DNA from: an uncultured bacterium
GTDB lineage: Bacteria > Verrucomicrobiota > Verrucomicrobiia > Verrucomicrobiales > DEV007
DNA length: 64,000 nucleotides
Reading direction: 5' to 3'
NCBI GenBank assembly: GCA_963977015.1
Contig: CAXBMO010000001.1
Coordinates: 288,001-352,000 of the forward strand
In this document: positions 32,532 through 42,457 of the stretch, one piece after another
Layout of the letters: each line of letters starts with the position of its first letter
Position numbering within the stretch: the first letter of the stretch is position 1
Notes under the pieces: model-generated
Told to the model about the DNA's origin: nothing
The model's input: the letters and a program-made list of their open reading frames with translations, nothing else
Databases searched by the model: none
Made by a program: the position numbers and the translations under genes

Positions 32532-34589
32532 TTAGATCCGGGAATGAAGGAGCTCCGCGAGCAGGCGGCGTTGATTCCAAGCCAGGAACCCGATGCCGAT
32601 GGCGAGCAGGAGGTAGAACTCGGGCTCTGGAACCGCTCCACCACCAACCGCTTGGGCGGCAACCCCCTGGGGCAGCGGTGCTGGTTGATTGACCTTGGTT
32701 TGTTGCTGATTTTCCGCGCCCTCGCGGACGACGTCATCGACGGCGACAAACGAGGTGAATTCCGTCAGCAGGTTGTAGGTGAGACCCAGATTCGTGATCT
32801 GCAGTTTGGTCTCGGATTCAAGATCGGGATTCGTCACCCCGCGATGCTGCCGGTCTGCCCAACGGTAGTCAGCGATGGTCGCGATCCGGTCGCGGGCCCA
32901 AAGGTAGGGAAGGGCCGGGTTTTCCAGGTTTTCGACGCTGGCCGCGATCGAGAGATTGCGGCGTTGTGCGCCGGAGATTCCGCTGAGCTTGATGTCACCG
33001 ACCGGTTCTCCACGCCATTTTCCGAATACCGTGATTGGCCGGTCGGCGAGGACGTCGGGAACGCTCTTCGGCTCGACATCATAAACGTCCAACTTGCCAA
33101 AATCGATCTCAACATCGGTCAGAACCGGAGAGGAAATGTAGTTTCGCAGTTGATCTGCTTTCTGGGCGGCTTCCTCGGGCTTGGTCACGATGAAGGGTTC
33201 GCCTCGCCCCGCCCTGGCGAGTCCTTCAATGAGGTAACGGTTCACACTCGAGCCGATTCCAAAAGCAAACAAGTTGGCTTGGCCGAGGTTTTGCCGAACG
33301 ACGTCCATGGCTTCCCGGTCGAAGCTGACATAACCATCGGTGACGACGACGATGGATCGGGACGTCCCGCCATCGCTCGGAAGTTTCAGAGAGGTTTGCA
33401 GCGCCGAAACCATTTCGGTGCCACCGCCCGCGGAAGCGGATTCGAGCCAGCGCGTTGCGCGACTCACGTTCGCCGTGGTCGCGGGAATCGACCGCTGTTC
33501 GAATACATGTGAACTGCCCGCAAAGAGCACGATGTTGAACGTGTCGCGCTTTTCGAGATCGCCGATGAGATCGCGCATCAGCGTTTTGGCCGTGTTCAAC
33601 GGAAAGCCGGTCATCGAGCCCGAGACATCGACGACAAAAACGTATTCCCGCGCGGGGACCTGCTGGGGCTTGATACGCTGGGGTGGTTGAACCGTCAGGA
33701 GGAAGAAGTTCTCACCCAAACGCTCATCGCGATGCAAGAGAAGGCCGGAGGCAACTTCTTCTCCCGCGAGGCGATAGCGCAGAATATAGTCCCGGTTTCC
33801 TGGATTGGGTTCGTAGTGATCGAGAGCAACGGTCGCTTGATCCGGGCCTTGGTAGTCGATTTTGACCGGATGAGTGCCGCAAGCGAGATTCCCGATGGGC
33901 ATGCCCGCCTGAATGCTGACGTTGATATCGAAGGTGGATGGATTCTCGGCTCCTTCTGCGAGAAAGGGATTGGCAACCCAGGCGTCAGCAGCCGCTTTTG
34001 GCGAGTCTGCCGGTGTGTTGGAGTAGCGCGGGCCGACAACGGTGGGAAAGACGAACTCGTAGACCTGGCTGGTCGGAATCAGATGCTCCGTGTAACGCAA
34101 TGTGACTTCGACCCGGTCGCCCGGCATCATCGTCGCCACATTCATTTGGAACACGTTGGGGCGATGCTGTTGGAGGAGCGAAGCGGATTTGTTCTGCGCC
34201 TTGGCTTGATCGAAGATCTCCTGGGCTTTTTTGCGTTCCTCGATTTTCGCTTCAATCTTGCGATCGCCGATTTTCATCGTCATTCCGTGAACGGCAGCCC
34301 GGGTTGAACCGGGGAACACGTATTGGGCTTCCAGAATGTTCGTGCCGGTGTTGTGATAGGTTTGGCGAATCTCAACGTTCGCGATGACCCCGGAAATCTG
34401 AACGTCGACATCGGTCGATTTCAGCGGAAGCAGGTCCTGCCCCGTGATTTCGGGATCGTCCTGATTCAAAACGACGAAGAACGGGCTGAGCGTCTGGTCC
34501 GTCGGTGGCTGGGGGAAAGCCGTGGGAACTGCGAAAGCGCTGGCGCTGATCGCGATTGCGAGGCTGGTGAAGAGGAAGTGTTTTTTCAT
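32532..34589 (-). CDS. Secreted VIT + vWA domain protein with C-terminal PEP-CTERM sorting signal
   Basis: Signal peptide; VIT 'QTYHN...EAQYVFP...A.LLQQ.RPNVF'; MIDAS 'DVSGSM' and 'VTDG'; tail 'VPEPEFYLLLAIGIGFLAWNQRR'. Confidence 0.9.
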   Translation of the reverse strand: MKKHFLFTSLAIAISASAFAVPTAFPQPPTDQTLSPFFVVLNQDDPEITGQDLLPLKSTDVDVQISGVIANVEIRQTYHNTGTNILEAQYVFPGSTRAAVHGMTMKIGDRKIEAKIEERKKAQEIFDQAKAQNKSASLLQQHRPNVFQMNVATMMPGDRVEVTLRYTEHLIPTSQVYEFVFPTVVGPRYSNTPADSPKAAADAWVANPFLAEGAENPSTFDINVSIQAGMPIGNLACGTHPVKIDYQGPDQATVALDHYEPNPGNRDYILRYRLAGEEVASGLLLHRDERLGENFFLLTVQPPQRIKPQQVPAREYVFVVDVSGSMTGFPLNTAKTLMRDLIGDLEKRDTFNIVLFAGSSHVFEQRSIPATTANVSRATRWLESASAGGGTEMVSALQTSLKLPSDGGTSRSIVVVTDGYVSFDREAMDVVRQNLGQANLFAFGIGSSVNRYLIEGLARAGRGEPFIVTKPEEAAQKADQLRNYISSPVLTDVEIDFGKLDVYDVEPKSVPDVLADRPITVFGKWRGEPVGDIKLSGISGAQRRNLSIAASVENLENPALPYLWARDRIATIADYRWADRQHRGVTNPDLESETKLQITNLGLTYNLLTEFTSFVAVDDVVREGAENQQQTKVNQPAPLPQGVAAQAVGGGAVPEPEFYLLLAIGIGFLAWNQRRLLAELLHSRI

Positions 34590-34739
34590 AATCGGTCGCA
34601 TTTCTCTGGCGAAGTTGAGTCAGAGGATGCAGAGCGGATTTGAAGCGAGTAGGAAACGGGCACGAAGAGTTGGTGAAGTTTCTGTGAAGCAGGTGGATTT
34701 CCGCATTGAAACCCGCCGTTTCCTCCCAATGCTAGGGCA

Positions 34740-36380
34740 GTGCGAAGCTCAACCCTCATTCTTGTCTTGATCGCTGCCATTATGGCGAGTTGTCGAGTGG
34801 ATCGTGCCGACCAAGCCGCTGAGGACAATATTTTAGTGCTGGGGAACGGCGCAGAGCCCAAAGCCCTCGATCCGGGGCAGGTTCAGAGTGTGGGGGACAG
34901 CAACATCATGTTGGCGCTGTTCGAGGGATTGGTGAACTACCACATCAGCGACGACAACCTCCATCAGCCCGGCGTCGCCCAAGCTTGGGAGGCGAATGAG
35001 GATTTCACGGTGTGGAAGTTCTACCTGCGCGGGGGCGACCACGAGAACCAGCCCAAGCTGGCCCCTTCCAAGTGGTCCAATGGAGAGCTCGTCACGGCAG
35101 GCGACTTTGTTTTTGCTTACAAGCGCACCCTGTCGCCCAAGTACGCATCACCTTATGCGTCGATGCTCTATTTCCTGGAGAACGCGCAAGACTTCAATGA
35201 AGGAACGATCACCGACTTTTCGGAAGTGGGGGTGAAGGCCATTGACGACTTCACCTTGGAATGCCGGCTTCATTCGCCGACGGCCTATTTCCCGGGAGTC
35301 GTAAAGCATCAAACCTGGTATCCGGTCCATCCGGGGACGATTGAGAAGTTTGGCGACTTTGATGATAAGTATACGGCGTGGCAGCGACCGGGAAACCATG
35401 TCGGGAACGGTCCCTTTCAACTCAAGTCCTGGCGCATCAATGACAAGGTTGTGGTGGAGCGGAATCCTCATTACTGGGGCGCCGCAGACGTAAAGCTCGA
35501 CGAAGTCTGGTTCATTCCTGCGGATACCTATACCGAAGAGCGGATGTTTCGAGATGGCTCGATTCATATGACCTATGTTCTTCCTCCGACCTTGATCGAC
35601 TATTATAAGAAGAACTATCCGGAGCTTTTACGGGTTGAGCCGTACTCGGGTTCCTATTTTTACCGGTGTAATATTAAGGAGCCGCCACTTGATGATCCCA
35701 AGGTAAGAAGAGCCTTGGCAATGGCGATCGATCGGGAGAAGATCGTCAAGTTTGTGACCCGCGGCGGTCAAATGCCGGCATCAGCCTTCACTCCGCCGAT
35801 TGGAGGCGTTTATGATCCTCCGGACTCCATTCGGTTTGATCCCGTCGAAGCTCGCAAACTGTTGGCAGAATCCAAATACGGAACCAACCTCCCGAAGTTT
35901 GAATTGTTGATCAATACTTCGGAGCAGCATCGAAAGATTGCGGAGGCGATTCAGGACATGTGGCGCACGAACCTGCAACTCGATCCGGATGTCATCTCGA
36001 TCAACAATCAGGAATGGAAGGTTTTTCAGGTAACGACCTTTGAGAAGAAGTATGAAATGGCCCGGGCTGGATGGATTGCCGACTACGTCGATCCAACCAC
36101 CTTTCTGGACATGTGGAGAAGGGGAGACAGCAACAACAATACCAACTGGGGGAGCGATCAATATGATGGCCTGTTGAAAAAGGCTGCGTTGGAACAAGAC
36201 CCGGAGCAACGCCTCAAAATCCTTTATCAAGCTGAAGAAGTGTTGATGGAGGATTTACCGATCATTCCGATTTACTGGTATACGCGTGTTTATGCGATTC
36301 ATCCCCGGGTGAAAAACTGGCATCCGCTCGTTCTGGATAAACACGATTATAAACAAATCTACTTTGGCCCACCCAACTGA
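34740..36380 (+). CDS. oppA: Oligopeptide ABC transporter substrate-binding lipoprotein
   Basis: Lipobox 'MASC', 'EPKALDP', 'WSNGELVTAGDFV', 'GNGPF' and 'GWIADY.DP'. Confidence 0.9.
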   Translation: MRSSTLILVLIAAIMASCRVDRADQAAEDNILVLGNGAEPKALDPGQVQSVGDSNIMLALFEGLVNYHISDDNLHQPGVAQAWEANEDFTVWKFYLRGGDHENQPKLAPSKWSNGELVTAGDFVFAYKRTLSPKYASPYASMLYFLENAQDFNEGTITDFSEVGVKAIDDFTLECRLHSPTAYFPGVVKHQTWYPVHPGTIEKFGDFDDKYTAWQRPGNHVGNGPFQLKSWRINDKVVVERNPHYWGAADVKLDEVWFIPADTYTEERMFRDGSIHMTYVLPPTLIDYYKKNYPELLRVEPYSGSYFYRCNIKEPPLDDPKVRRALAMAIDREKIVKFVTRGGQMPASAFTPPIGGVYDPPDSIRFDPVEARKLLAESKYGTNLPKFELLINTSEQHRKIAEAIQDMWRTNLQLDPDVISINNQEWKVFQVTTFEKKYEMARAGWIADYVDPTTFLDMWRRGDSNNNTNWGSDQYDGLLKKAALEQDPEQRLKILYQAEEVLMEDLPIIPIYWYTRVYAIHPRVKNWHPLVLDKHDYKQIYFGPPN

Positions 36381-36383
36381 TCC

Positions 36384-37322
36384 ATGGCCCGCTTTCTTAT
36401 CAATCGACTGATCCAGGCCATCATCGTCCTGCTTTGTATTGTAACGGTGACGTTCTTTTTGATTCGTGCGGTTCCGGGCAGTCCGTTTCAGGAGGAGCGC
36501 GCGATTCCCGCACATCTGGTCGCGGAAATGGAAGCCAAGTTTGGTCTGGACCAACCCTGGCCGGTGCAACTCTTCAAGTATTATGGAAGATGTCTCACCT
36601 TCTTCCATGAAGTGGACTCCATGAGCAATTCCGGCTTCACGATCAGGGAGTTGATCGCGTCGTCGTTTCCCATTTCCTTTCGAATCGCGATGGGAGGATT
36701 GTTGATCGCGCTTGTGATTGGCCTTCCGCTCGGAGTGATGGCCGCCGCGAGGAAGAATACCTGGATGGATTACAGCTTCATGTCGTTGGCTCTGGTTGGC
36801 ATTTGCCTTCCGACTTTGGTCATTGGTCCTGTTTTATCGCAGTGGATCGGGATTCAGCTCGGCTGGTTCGACGCGGCAGGCTGGTGGGGGCCGGGAAGCT
36901 GGATTTTGCCGGCAATCACGCTCGGCATGTTCTACGCCGGTTATTTTGCGCGACTGACTCGTGGCGGAATGCTGGATGTGCTGAATCAGGACTTTGTGCG
37001 GACGGCCCGGGCGAAGGGATTGCCGGAATGGCGAATTCTCGTGGTTCACACGTTAAAAGGCGGTCTGCTTCCATCGGTCACCTTCATGGGCCCCGCGATT
37101 GCCGGATTGATTGGAGGATCGTTCGTTGTTGAGAAAATTTTTGCGGTGCCCGGACAAGGAATCCTGTTTTTGAACGCAATCGTGAACCGCGATCATTTCC
37201 TGATCATGGGCTGCGTCCTGGTGTATGGAATCCTCATTCTGGTCATGAACCTGGTGGTCGACCTGGCGCAGGTGGCGATGAACCCCCGGTTGCGGGGAGA
37301 AACCCAGACAACTTCCGAATAA
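36384..37322 (+). CDS. oppB: Oligopeptide ABC transporter permease
   Basis: 'PGSPF' and the EAA loop 'QDFVRTARAKGL'. Confidence 0.9.
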   Translation: MARFLINRLIQAIIVLLCIVTVTFFLIRAVPGSPFQEERAIPAHLVAEMEAKFGLDQPWPVQLFKYYGRCLTFFHEVDSMSNSGFTIRELIASSFPISFRIAMGGLLIALVIGLPLGVMAAARKNTWMDYSFMSLALVGICLPTLVIGPVLSQWIGIQLGWFDAAGWWGPGSWILPAITLGMFYAGYFARLTRGGMLDVLNQDFVRTARAKGLPEWRILVVHTLKGGLLPSVTFMGPAIAGLIGGSFVVEKIFAVPGQGILFLNAIVNRDHFLIMGCVLVYGILILVMNLVVDLAQVAMNPRLRGETQTTSE

Positions 37323-37328
37323 TCCGTC

Positions 37329-38288
37329 ATGGCTGATTCCGATATCGCTCCACCACCTCATGAACTGGAAAAAGGCTCGTCGCTGGGCCGGGACGCCTGG
37401 ATTCGACTGTCGAAGAACCGGCTCGCGATGATTTGCCTGTTTCTCTTTGTCGGAATCACGATCTTCTGTTTCTCAGAGCTGATTACCCGTCCGTTGGGAT
37501 GGTCGAATAATCCGGATGCGAACGAGCTGACACTTCGCTCGAAACCGCCCTCGCTCATGCCGCAATTGGCTGCGCCGGAAGATTTGGATGATCCGAATCA
37601 AGCGATCGAGGGAACCTATTGGTTTGGCTCGGATTCGCTTGGCCGCGATATCTTTGCCCGGATTCGTGCCGGCGGCCAGATTTCGCTCGCGGTGGGGTTC
37701 ATGGCGACCCTTGTTTCGATGACGATCGGAGTGATCTACGGCACCATCTCCGGTTACATCGGTGGACGGACCGATGCGTTGATGATGCGCATTGTCGATA
37801 TTGGATATGCGCTTCCCTTTACCCTGATCGTGATTCTCCTCGGGTTGGTCTTCGGTCGGGCGATTTGGCTGATCTTCCTCGCGATCGGAGCCGTCGAATG
37901 GCTCACCATGGCGCGGATCGTTCGGGGCCAGGTTCTGTCGCTGAAGAAACAGGAGTTCGTCGAAGCCGCGATCAGTCTTGGTTACGGGCATTGGCGGATC
38001 ATGCTGCGCCACCTGATTCCCAACGTGATTGGGCCGGTGATTGTTTACACGACCCTGACCGTTCCGGCCGTGATGCGTTTGGAAGCCGTTCTCAGTTTCC
38101 TCGGGCTGGGGGTTCAGCCGCCACGCAGTTCATGGGGAACGTTGATCAAGGAGGGAGCAGACCAAATGCAGAGTGAGCCCTGGCTGCTGTTTTTCCCCGC
38201 GCTCTTTTTCAGCGCGACGTTGTTTTGCCTGAACTTCCTGGGAGATGGTCTTCGCGACGCGCTCGATCCCAAATCCTCCAAGGACTGA
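37329..38288 (+). CDS. oppC: Oligopeptide ABC transporter permease
   Basis: 'GSDSLGRDIFAR', 'EFVEAA' and 'GDGLRDALDPK'. Confidence 0.92.
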   Translation: MADSDIAPPPHELEKGSSLGRDAWIRLSKNRLAMICLFLFVGITIFCFSELITRPLGWSNNPDANELTLRSKPPSLMPQLAAPEDLDDPNQAIEGTYWFGSDSLGRDIFARIRAGGQISLAVGFMATLVSMTIGVIYGTISGYIGGRTDALMMRIVDIGYALPFTLIVILLGLVFGRAIWLIFLAIGAVEWLTMARIVRGQVLSLKKQEFVEAAISLGYGHWRIMLRHLIPNVIGPVIVYTTLTVPAVMRLEAVLSFLGLGVQPPRSSWGTLIKEGADQMQSEPWLLFFPALFFSATLFCLNFLGDGLRDALDPKSSKD

Positions 38289-38366
38289 GAAAGTCCCGCA
38301 CTCCGACAAACCGTCAGGAGGCCGACGTCGCCAACAAGTCCGACCGTTCGCGATATCCCGGCTGGC

Positions 38367-38840
38367 TCAAAGCAACGGCCAAACCTCTTTCAAATCCGGA
38401 TCTTCCTTGGCCGTTTTCTTCAAATTCGAATCCATTTTGATCGCCTTGCGAAGCAAGGATTCTGCTTCCTCAATCTGACTGAGCTGCGCGCGATAGCAGC
38501 TCAGGTTGTAGAAGTAAGTCGCTTCGTTTTCGAGCGCTTTGGGGCCATTTAACAACAGGTCAAGTGCATCCTGGGTTTTGCCCATTTCATGGAGGCAGAA
38601 GGCTGTGTGGATATAGCCGCCGGGCTGCTTGGGGGCGCGTTTGCACATGTTTTGCGCAATCTCCAGTGCTTCGTCCCAGCGCGATTCCTTGATCAGCAGC
38701 ATCGCCTCCATATTCATCGCGGGAATCGCGTTTCTTCCGCGCGAGCTGATGGAAAGCAGCTCTTCCCACGAGTCCTCGATCATCCCCAAATCGTGATAGC
38801 CTTCGGCCGATTTAAGGGCCTTCTCCTCCTTATCGGTCAT
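38367..38840 (-). CDS. Small TPR-repeat protein
   Basis: Helical repeats and 'YFYNLSCYRAQL...A...L.KAI.MD......A..DPDL', a TPR end-of-group pattern. Confidence 0.8.
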   Translation of the reverse strand: MTDKEEKALKSAEGYHDLGMIEDSWEELLSISSRGRNAIPAMNMEAMLLIKESRWDEALEIAQNMCKRAPKQPGGYIHTAFCLHEMGKTQDALDLLLNGPKALENEATYFYNLSCYRAQLSQIEEAESLLRKAIKMDSNLKKTAKEDPDLKEVWPLL

Positions 38841-38845
38841 GGAAT

Positions 38846-39736
38846 TCAGGCGTCGACCGTTTCAAGTTCCGAATCTGGTTGAATCTCTTTGATCTCGCCC
38901 TTGGCCTTCAACTCGTCCAACAACGCATTGATCTTGGCTTCACGAGACTCTGTCGCAAACCGTTCGGTGAGTTCAGCCTTCACGTCGTCGAACGGAATCG
39001 GCTTGGGCTCTTTCCGGTCGATGAGTTTGAAAATGTGGTAGCCAAAATGTGTCGCTACAACCGGGCTGATCTCCCCGAGATTCATCGAAAAGGTGATGAT
39101 CTCCACTTCCTGCATCAACCCGCCGCGTTTGTAGAAGCCAAGGTCCATGTGATGATCCTCGCGGCAGAGCTCTTTCGCCTTCGTTTCGAAATCCGCGCCA
39201 TCGAGCAATTCCTGACGAACCTGGCGTAGCTTGGCGTAAAGTTCGTTGGCTTCTTCCGGGCCATGGGGTTCGAGGTAAATGTGCCAGCTTTGCACTTCCT
39301 CGTCCGTCATGAATTCATCCTGATGATCCTTGTAGAACTGGCGCAAATTGGCGTCGGTTGGCTCCGGTTCTTCGCCAACGTGGTCCGCCAGGATTTTGTC
39401 GACACTGAGCGTGGTTGCCACCTTCGCCCGAATCTCGTCGGTCTGATCCGGGTTCATGTTGATGTTGGCAAAGAACTGTTCTTCTCCACCATGCTGCTCT
39501 TTCAACTGCTCGATGGTTTCGTCAATTTCGGCCTCCGACGGCTTGCCAAAACGCTTGATCGATTCCTGATGCAGCAAGGTGCGGCTGACGACATTATCGA
39601 CCGCGAGGCTCCGAAATTCCTCGTCCCGATCGCAGCAAACGACTTCTCCAAGTCGCTCGTGATGTTCTTTGATCGCGTCAAACTCCTCTTCGAGAGTCAT
39701 CTCGTCGATCTCTTCGCCATTGATAATGAAGGCCAT
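38846..39736 (-). CDS. Parvulin (PpiC)-type peptidyl-prolyl isomerase with SurA-like N-domain, no signal peptide
   Basis: 'INGEEI', 'HIYL', 'DLGF', 'GEISPVVATHFGYHIFK' and 'FDDVK'. Confidence 0.85.
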   Translation of the reverse strand: MAFIINGEEIDEMTLEEEFDAIKEHHERLGEVVCCDRDEEFRSLAVDNVVSRTLLHQESIKRFGKPSEAEIDETIEQLKEQHGGEEQFFANINMNPDQTDEIRAKVATTLSVDKILADHVGEEPEPTDANLRQFYKDHQDEFMTDEEVQSWHIYLEPHGPEEANELYAKLRQVRQELLDGADFETKAKELCREDHHMDLGFYKRGGLMQEVEIITFSMNLGEISPVVATHFGYHIFKLIDRKEPKPIPFDDVKAELTERFATESREAKINALLDELKAKGEIKEIQPDSELETVDA

Positions 39737-39804
39737 CTTTGACAATGGAGTCGCACAAGACCGTGTCAAGATTTTGGAGCCTGCCGAAACCTGAAACTGA
39801 AAAC

Positions 39805-39832
39805 TTGACAGGGAGAGCGGAATTCAGATAAT
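39805..39832 (+). promoter_or_regulatory. Sigma70-like promoter of the 77-aa gene
   Basis: TTGACA-N16-GATAAT, ending 9 nt before the ATG at 39842. Confidence 0.6.
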
Positions 39833-39841
39833 CGCGCCAAC

Positions 39842-40075
39842 ATGAAACACCTGATTGCAACACTTTCTATCGCCATTGCCCTGACCTTTGGCCCCTCTTC
39901 GATCCTTGCTGGCGAGGTCGAAAAAGAGCCCCTCAATCTGGAGGAAATCACGGAATTGGCGGTTGAAGAGCAAGTGGATCAGGCGCAGCTCACCGACACC
40001 GAAGGTGGTATGGTCGGCGGTGCTGGATTGCTCATCGTTGGAGCCATCATCCTTGCGATCGCGGTCGCGAACTAG
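39842..40075 (+). CDS. Small secreted/membrane peptide (signal peptide, acidic spacer, GG, hydrophobic tail)
   Basis: Clean 77-aa ORF in an intergenic gap with its own promoter; signal 'MKHLIATLSIAIALTFGPSSILA'. Confidence 0.72.
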   Translation: MKHLIATLSIAIALTFGPSSILAGEVEKEPLNLEEITELAVEEQVDQAQLTDTEGGMVGGAGLLIVGAIILAIAVAN

Positions 40076-40089
40076 ACTCGCGACTTCGC

Positions 40090-41379
40090 TCAGCTTCCCT
40101 GCTCTTCACGCAATCGGATTGCGGCGGAATTTCCGTGCGCATCCAGGCCTTCAATCTCTGAGAAGGCCTGGATAATCGGGGCGGTTTTTGCCAGCGATTC
40201 CCTGCTGAGACGAACGATGCTGGTCCGCCGTTGAAACTGGTCAACGGTGAGTCCGGGGAAGCATTTGCCGGCTCCTCCGGTCGGGAGCTCATGGCTTGGC
40301 CCCACCGCGAAGTCGCCAGCCGCGACCGGCGAGTAGTTGCCAAGGAAAATCGCGCCTGCGGTTCGAACTTTGGGAATCAGCGTTTCGTCATCTTCTGCGA
40401 TGAGGGAAAGGTGCTCGGGAGCAAATTCGTTGGTCAGTTCGATCCCTTGGTCGATGGAATCGACTTTGACCAGCGTGCAACTCTTCTCCAGAACCTGACG
40501 AAGCGGGCCCTGGCGGGTAAGCTTTTCCGCCTGGGAATCGACTTCCCGTTGCACGGCGTCAAGCAGGTCCTGGGAGTCGGAAACCAGCACGGCAACCGAG
40601 TCGCCGCCATGTTCTGCCTGCGCCAGCAAATCGGAGGCAATCCACGCCGGGTTCCCAGTTTGGTCAGCTAAAACCAGGATCTCGCTCGGTCCGGGGAGGA
40701 GGTCGATCGCGACCGCGCCGAAAGCCTGGCGTTTGGCTTCCATCACGTAGGCGTTGCCGGGGCCAAAGATCTTGTGAACGGGATCAATCGTCTTCGTGCC
40801 CGTGGCCATCGCGGCGATGGCCTGGGCTCCACCGAGTTTGTAGACTTCAGTCGCTCCGGCGGCTCGCAACGCATAGAGCATGGCCGGATTGATGCTGCCA
40901 TCGGGTTGTGGCGGTGTGCAGACCACGATCTCCGGGCAGCCCGCCGCTTTCGCGATGCTGACGGTCATGTTCACGGTTGAAACGAGCGGAGCGGTTCCGC
41001 CGGGAACGTAGATTCCGACGCGTTCGAAGGGCTGGAAAATCTCACCAATCTCAACGCCTTGCGCGTTCTTGCCTTCCCAATCCCGTCGCATGCTTTTTTC
41101 CGCGAACGCGATGACGTTTTCGCGGCTCAGGCGAATGGCCTCCTCGGTTTCGGGATCCAGGCTCGACTCTGCGGCGGTGAACTCGGCCTCCGTAACCCGC
41201 AGGTTCTCCGCCGAAGCGAAGCGAACGCGATCAAACTTCTCCTCAAACTCAATCAGAGCGTCGTCTCCGCGCTCCCGAATTGCCTGAAGCACTTCGCGCA
41301 CCGTCTTCGCAACATGATCCAGTGGCTCATAGCGCCGGGCGAGCGCGATTCGGGCTTCCTCAAAATTCAGAACTTTCAT
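40090..41379 (-). CDS. hisD: Histidinol dehydrogenase
   Basis: 'VGIYVPGG', 'GGAQAIAA', 'GPGNAYV', 'GPSE', 'SDLLAQAEH', 'APEHL' and 'GPSHELPT'. Confidence 0.96.
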   Translation of the reverse strand: MKVLNFEEARIALARRYEPLDHVAKTVREVLQAIRERGDDALIEFEEKFDRVRFASAENLRVTEAEFTAAESSLDPETEEAIRLSRENVIAFAEKSMRRDWEGKNAQGVEIGEIFQPFERVGIYVPGGTAPLVSTVNMTVSIAKAAGCPEIVVCTPPQPDGSINPAMLYALRAAGATEVYKLGGAQAIAAMATGTKTIDPVHKIFGPGNAYVMEAKRQAFGAVAIDLLPGPSEILVLADQTGNPAWIASDLLAQAEHGGDSVAVLVSDSQDLLDAVQREVDSQAEKLTRQGPLRQVLEKSCTLVKVDSIDQGIELTNEFAPEHLSLIAEDDETLIPKVRTAGAIFLGNYSPVAAGDFAVGPSHELPTGGAGKCFPGLTVDQFQRRTSIVRLSRESLAKTAPIIQAFSEIEGLDAHGNSAAIRLREEQGS

Positions 41380-41382
41380 CTT

Positions 41383-41814
41383 CTAATCTTCAAACAGCGT
41401 TTCCAGCGATTTCAGGCCCTCGGCCTCCAGTTCGGAACGGGGAATGAAACGCAGGGACGCGGAATTAATACAGTAACGCAGGCCGCTCGGTTGCGGTCCA
41501 TCCGGAAAAACGTGACCCAAATGGGCATCACCGGTTTTGGATCGAACTTCCGTGCGAACCATCCCGTGGCTTTCGTCGGTCACTTCGACCACTTCATCGG
41601 AATCGACCGTGGTCCAGAAACTCGGCCAACCGGTCCCGGAATCGAACTTGTGAGTCGAAGCAAAGAGCGGTTTTCCGCTAATCACATCCACGTAAACGCC
41701 TTCCTCTTTGTTGTCCCAGTAGGCATTGTTAAACGGTGGCTCCGTGCCGCATTCGCACGCCACACGATACTGCTCGGGCGTCAATTTGGCGCGGAGTTCT
41801 TCTCGATCACTCAT
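41383..41814 (-). CDS. msrB: Methionine-R-sulfoxide reductase
   Basis: 'GTEPPF', '[11 protein letters not shown]', '[10 protein letters not shown]' and 'RYCINSASL'. Confidence 0.96.
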   Translation of the reverse strand: MSDREELRAKLTPEQYRVACECGTEPPFNNAYWDNKEEGVYVDVISGKPLFASTHKFDSGTGWPSFWTTVDSDEVVEVTDESHGMVRTEVRSKTGDAHLGHVFPDGPQPSGLRYCINSASLRFIPRSELEAEGLKSLETLFED

Positions 41815-41870
41815 GGCGGTATCCTTTCGCCGATCGGGAGATTCCGCCACCGCTTTTTCCGCCGCAATCT

Positions 41871-42401
41871 TCAGCCCCGGGCAAAGTCGCGGTGAATCAC
41901 CGTTCCGCTGGCCGCCATCACATAAATCCGTCCGACCACCTGGTTATCCGAAGAAAGCAAGGTCGCAAGCCAGGTGGGTTCGGGATCATTCCCCCGCCAG
42001 CGCAGTTGGTAATTGACCTTGGCAAATCCGACTCCAGCCTCGATCGCCTGATCATCAGCAATCTGGTAAACGTCGGTCGAATTCAGTTTCATCGAGGTGA
42101 GAAAGACCGGAGTTTGTGGCAAATCCTCGCCTTCCTGACGTGGAATGCTTTTTGGCCCGGTCACCGTATCGTTCTGGATCACGTATTCGCGGAGCACGCC
42201 CTCATTGGCCGGATCCAGCGCAAGGATTTGCCAGCGGTTCGGCTGGTCGGCTCCATGAAAGCCAACTATCGCGACCACTTGGCTGATCGTTTCCTGGCCG
42301 GTATTGCGTTCGAGAATTTGGAGTGCTTCCCGAGCGTTGGTTTCCGCAAAAAGGGAAGGCGTTGAACAGGTTAGAAGAAGAATGGAGCAGAGCAACTTCA
42401 T
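41871..42401 (-). CDS. Hypothetical secreted protein
   Basis: Signal-like N-terminus; ORF fills the intergenic space; C-terminal '[11 protein letters not shown]' is weakly PepSY-like. Confidence 0.65.
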   Translation of the reverse strand: MKLLCSILLLTCSTPSLFAETNAREALQILERNTGQETISQVVAIVGFHGADQPNRWQILALDPANEGVLREYVIQNDTVTGPKSIPRQEGEDLPQTPVFLTSMKLNSTDVYQIADDQAIEAGVGFAKVNYQLRWRGNDPEPTWLATLLSSDNQVVGRIYVMAASGTVIHRDFARG

Positions 42402-42457
42402 GGGAATACGTTAGATTAGTATTCCAAGATTTCTAACATATTTGAACTAATTTCGAC

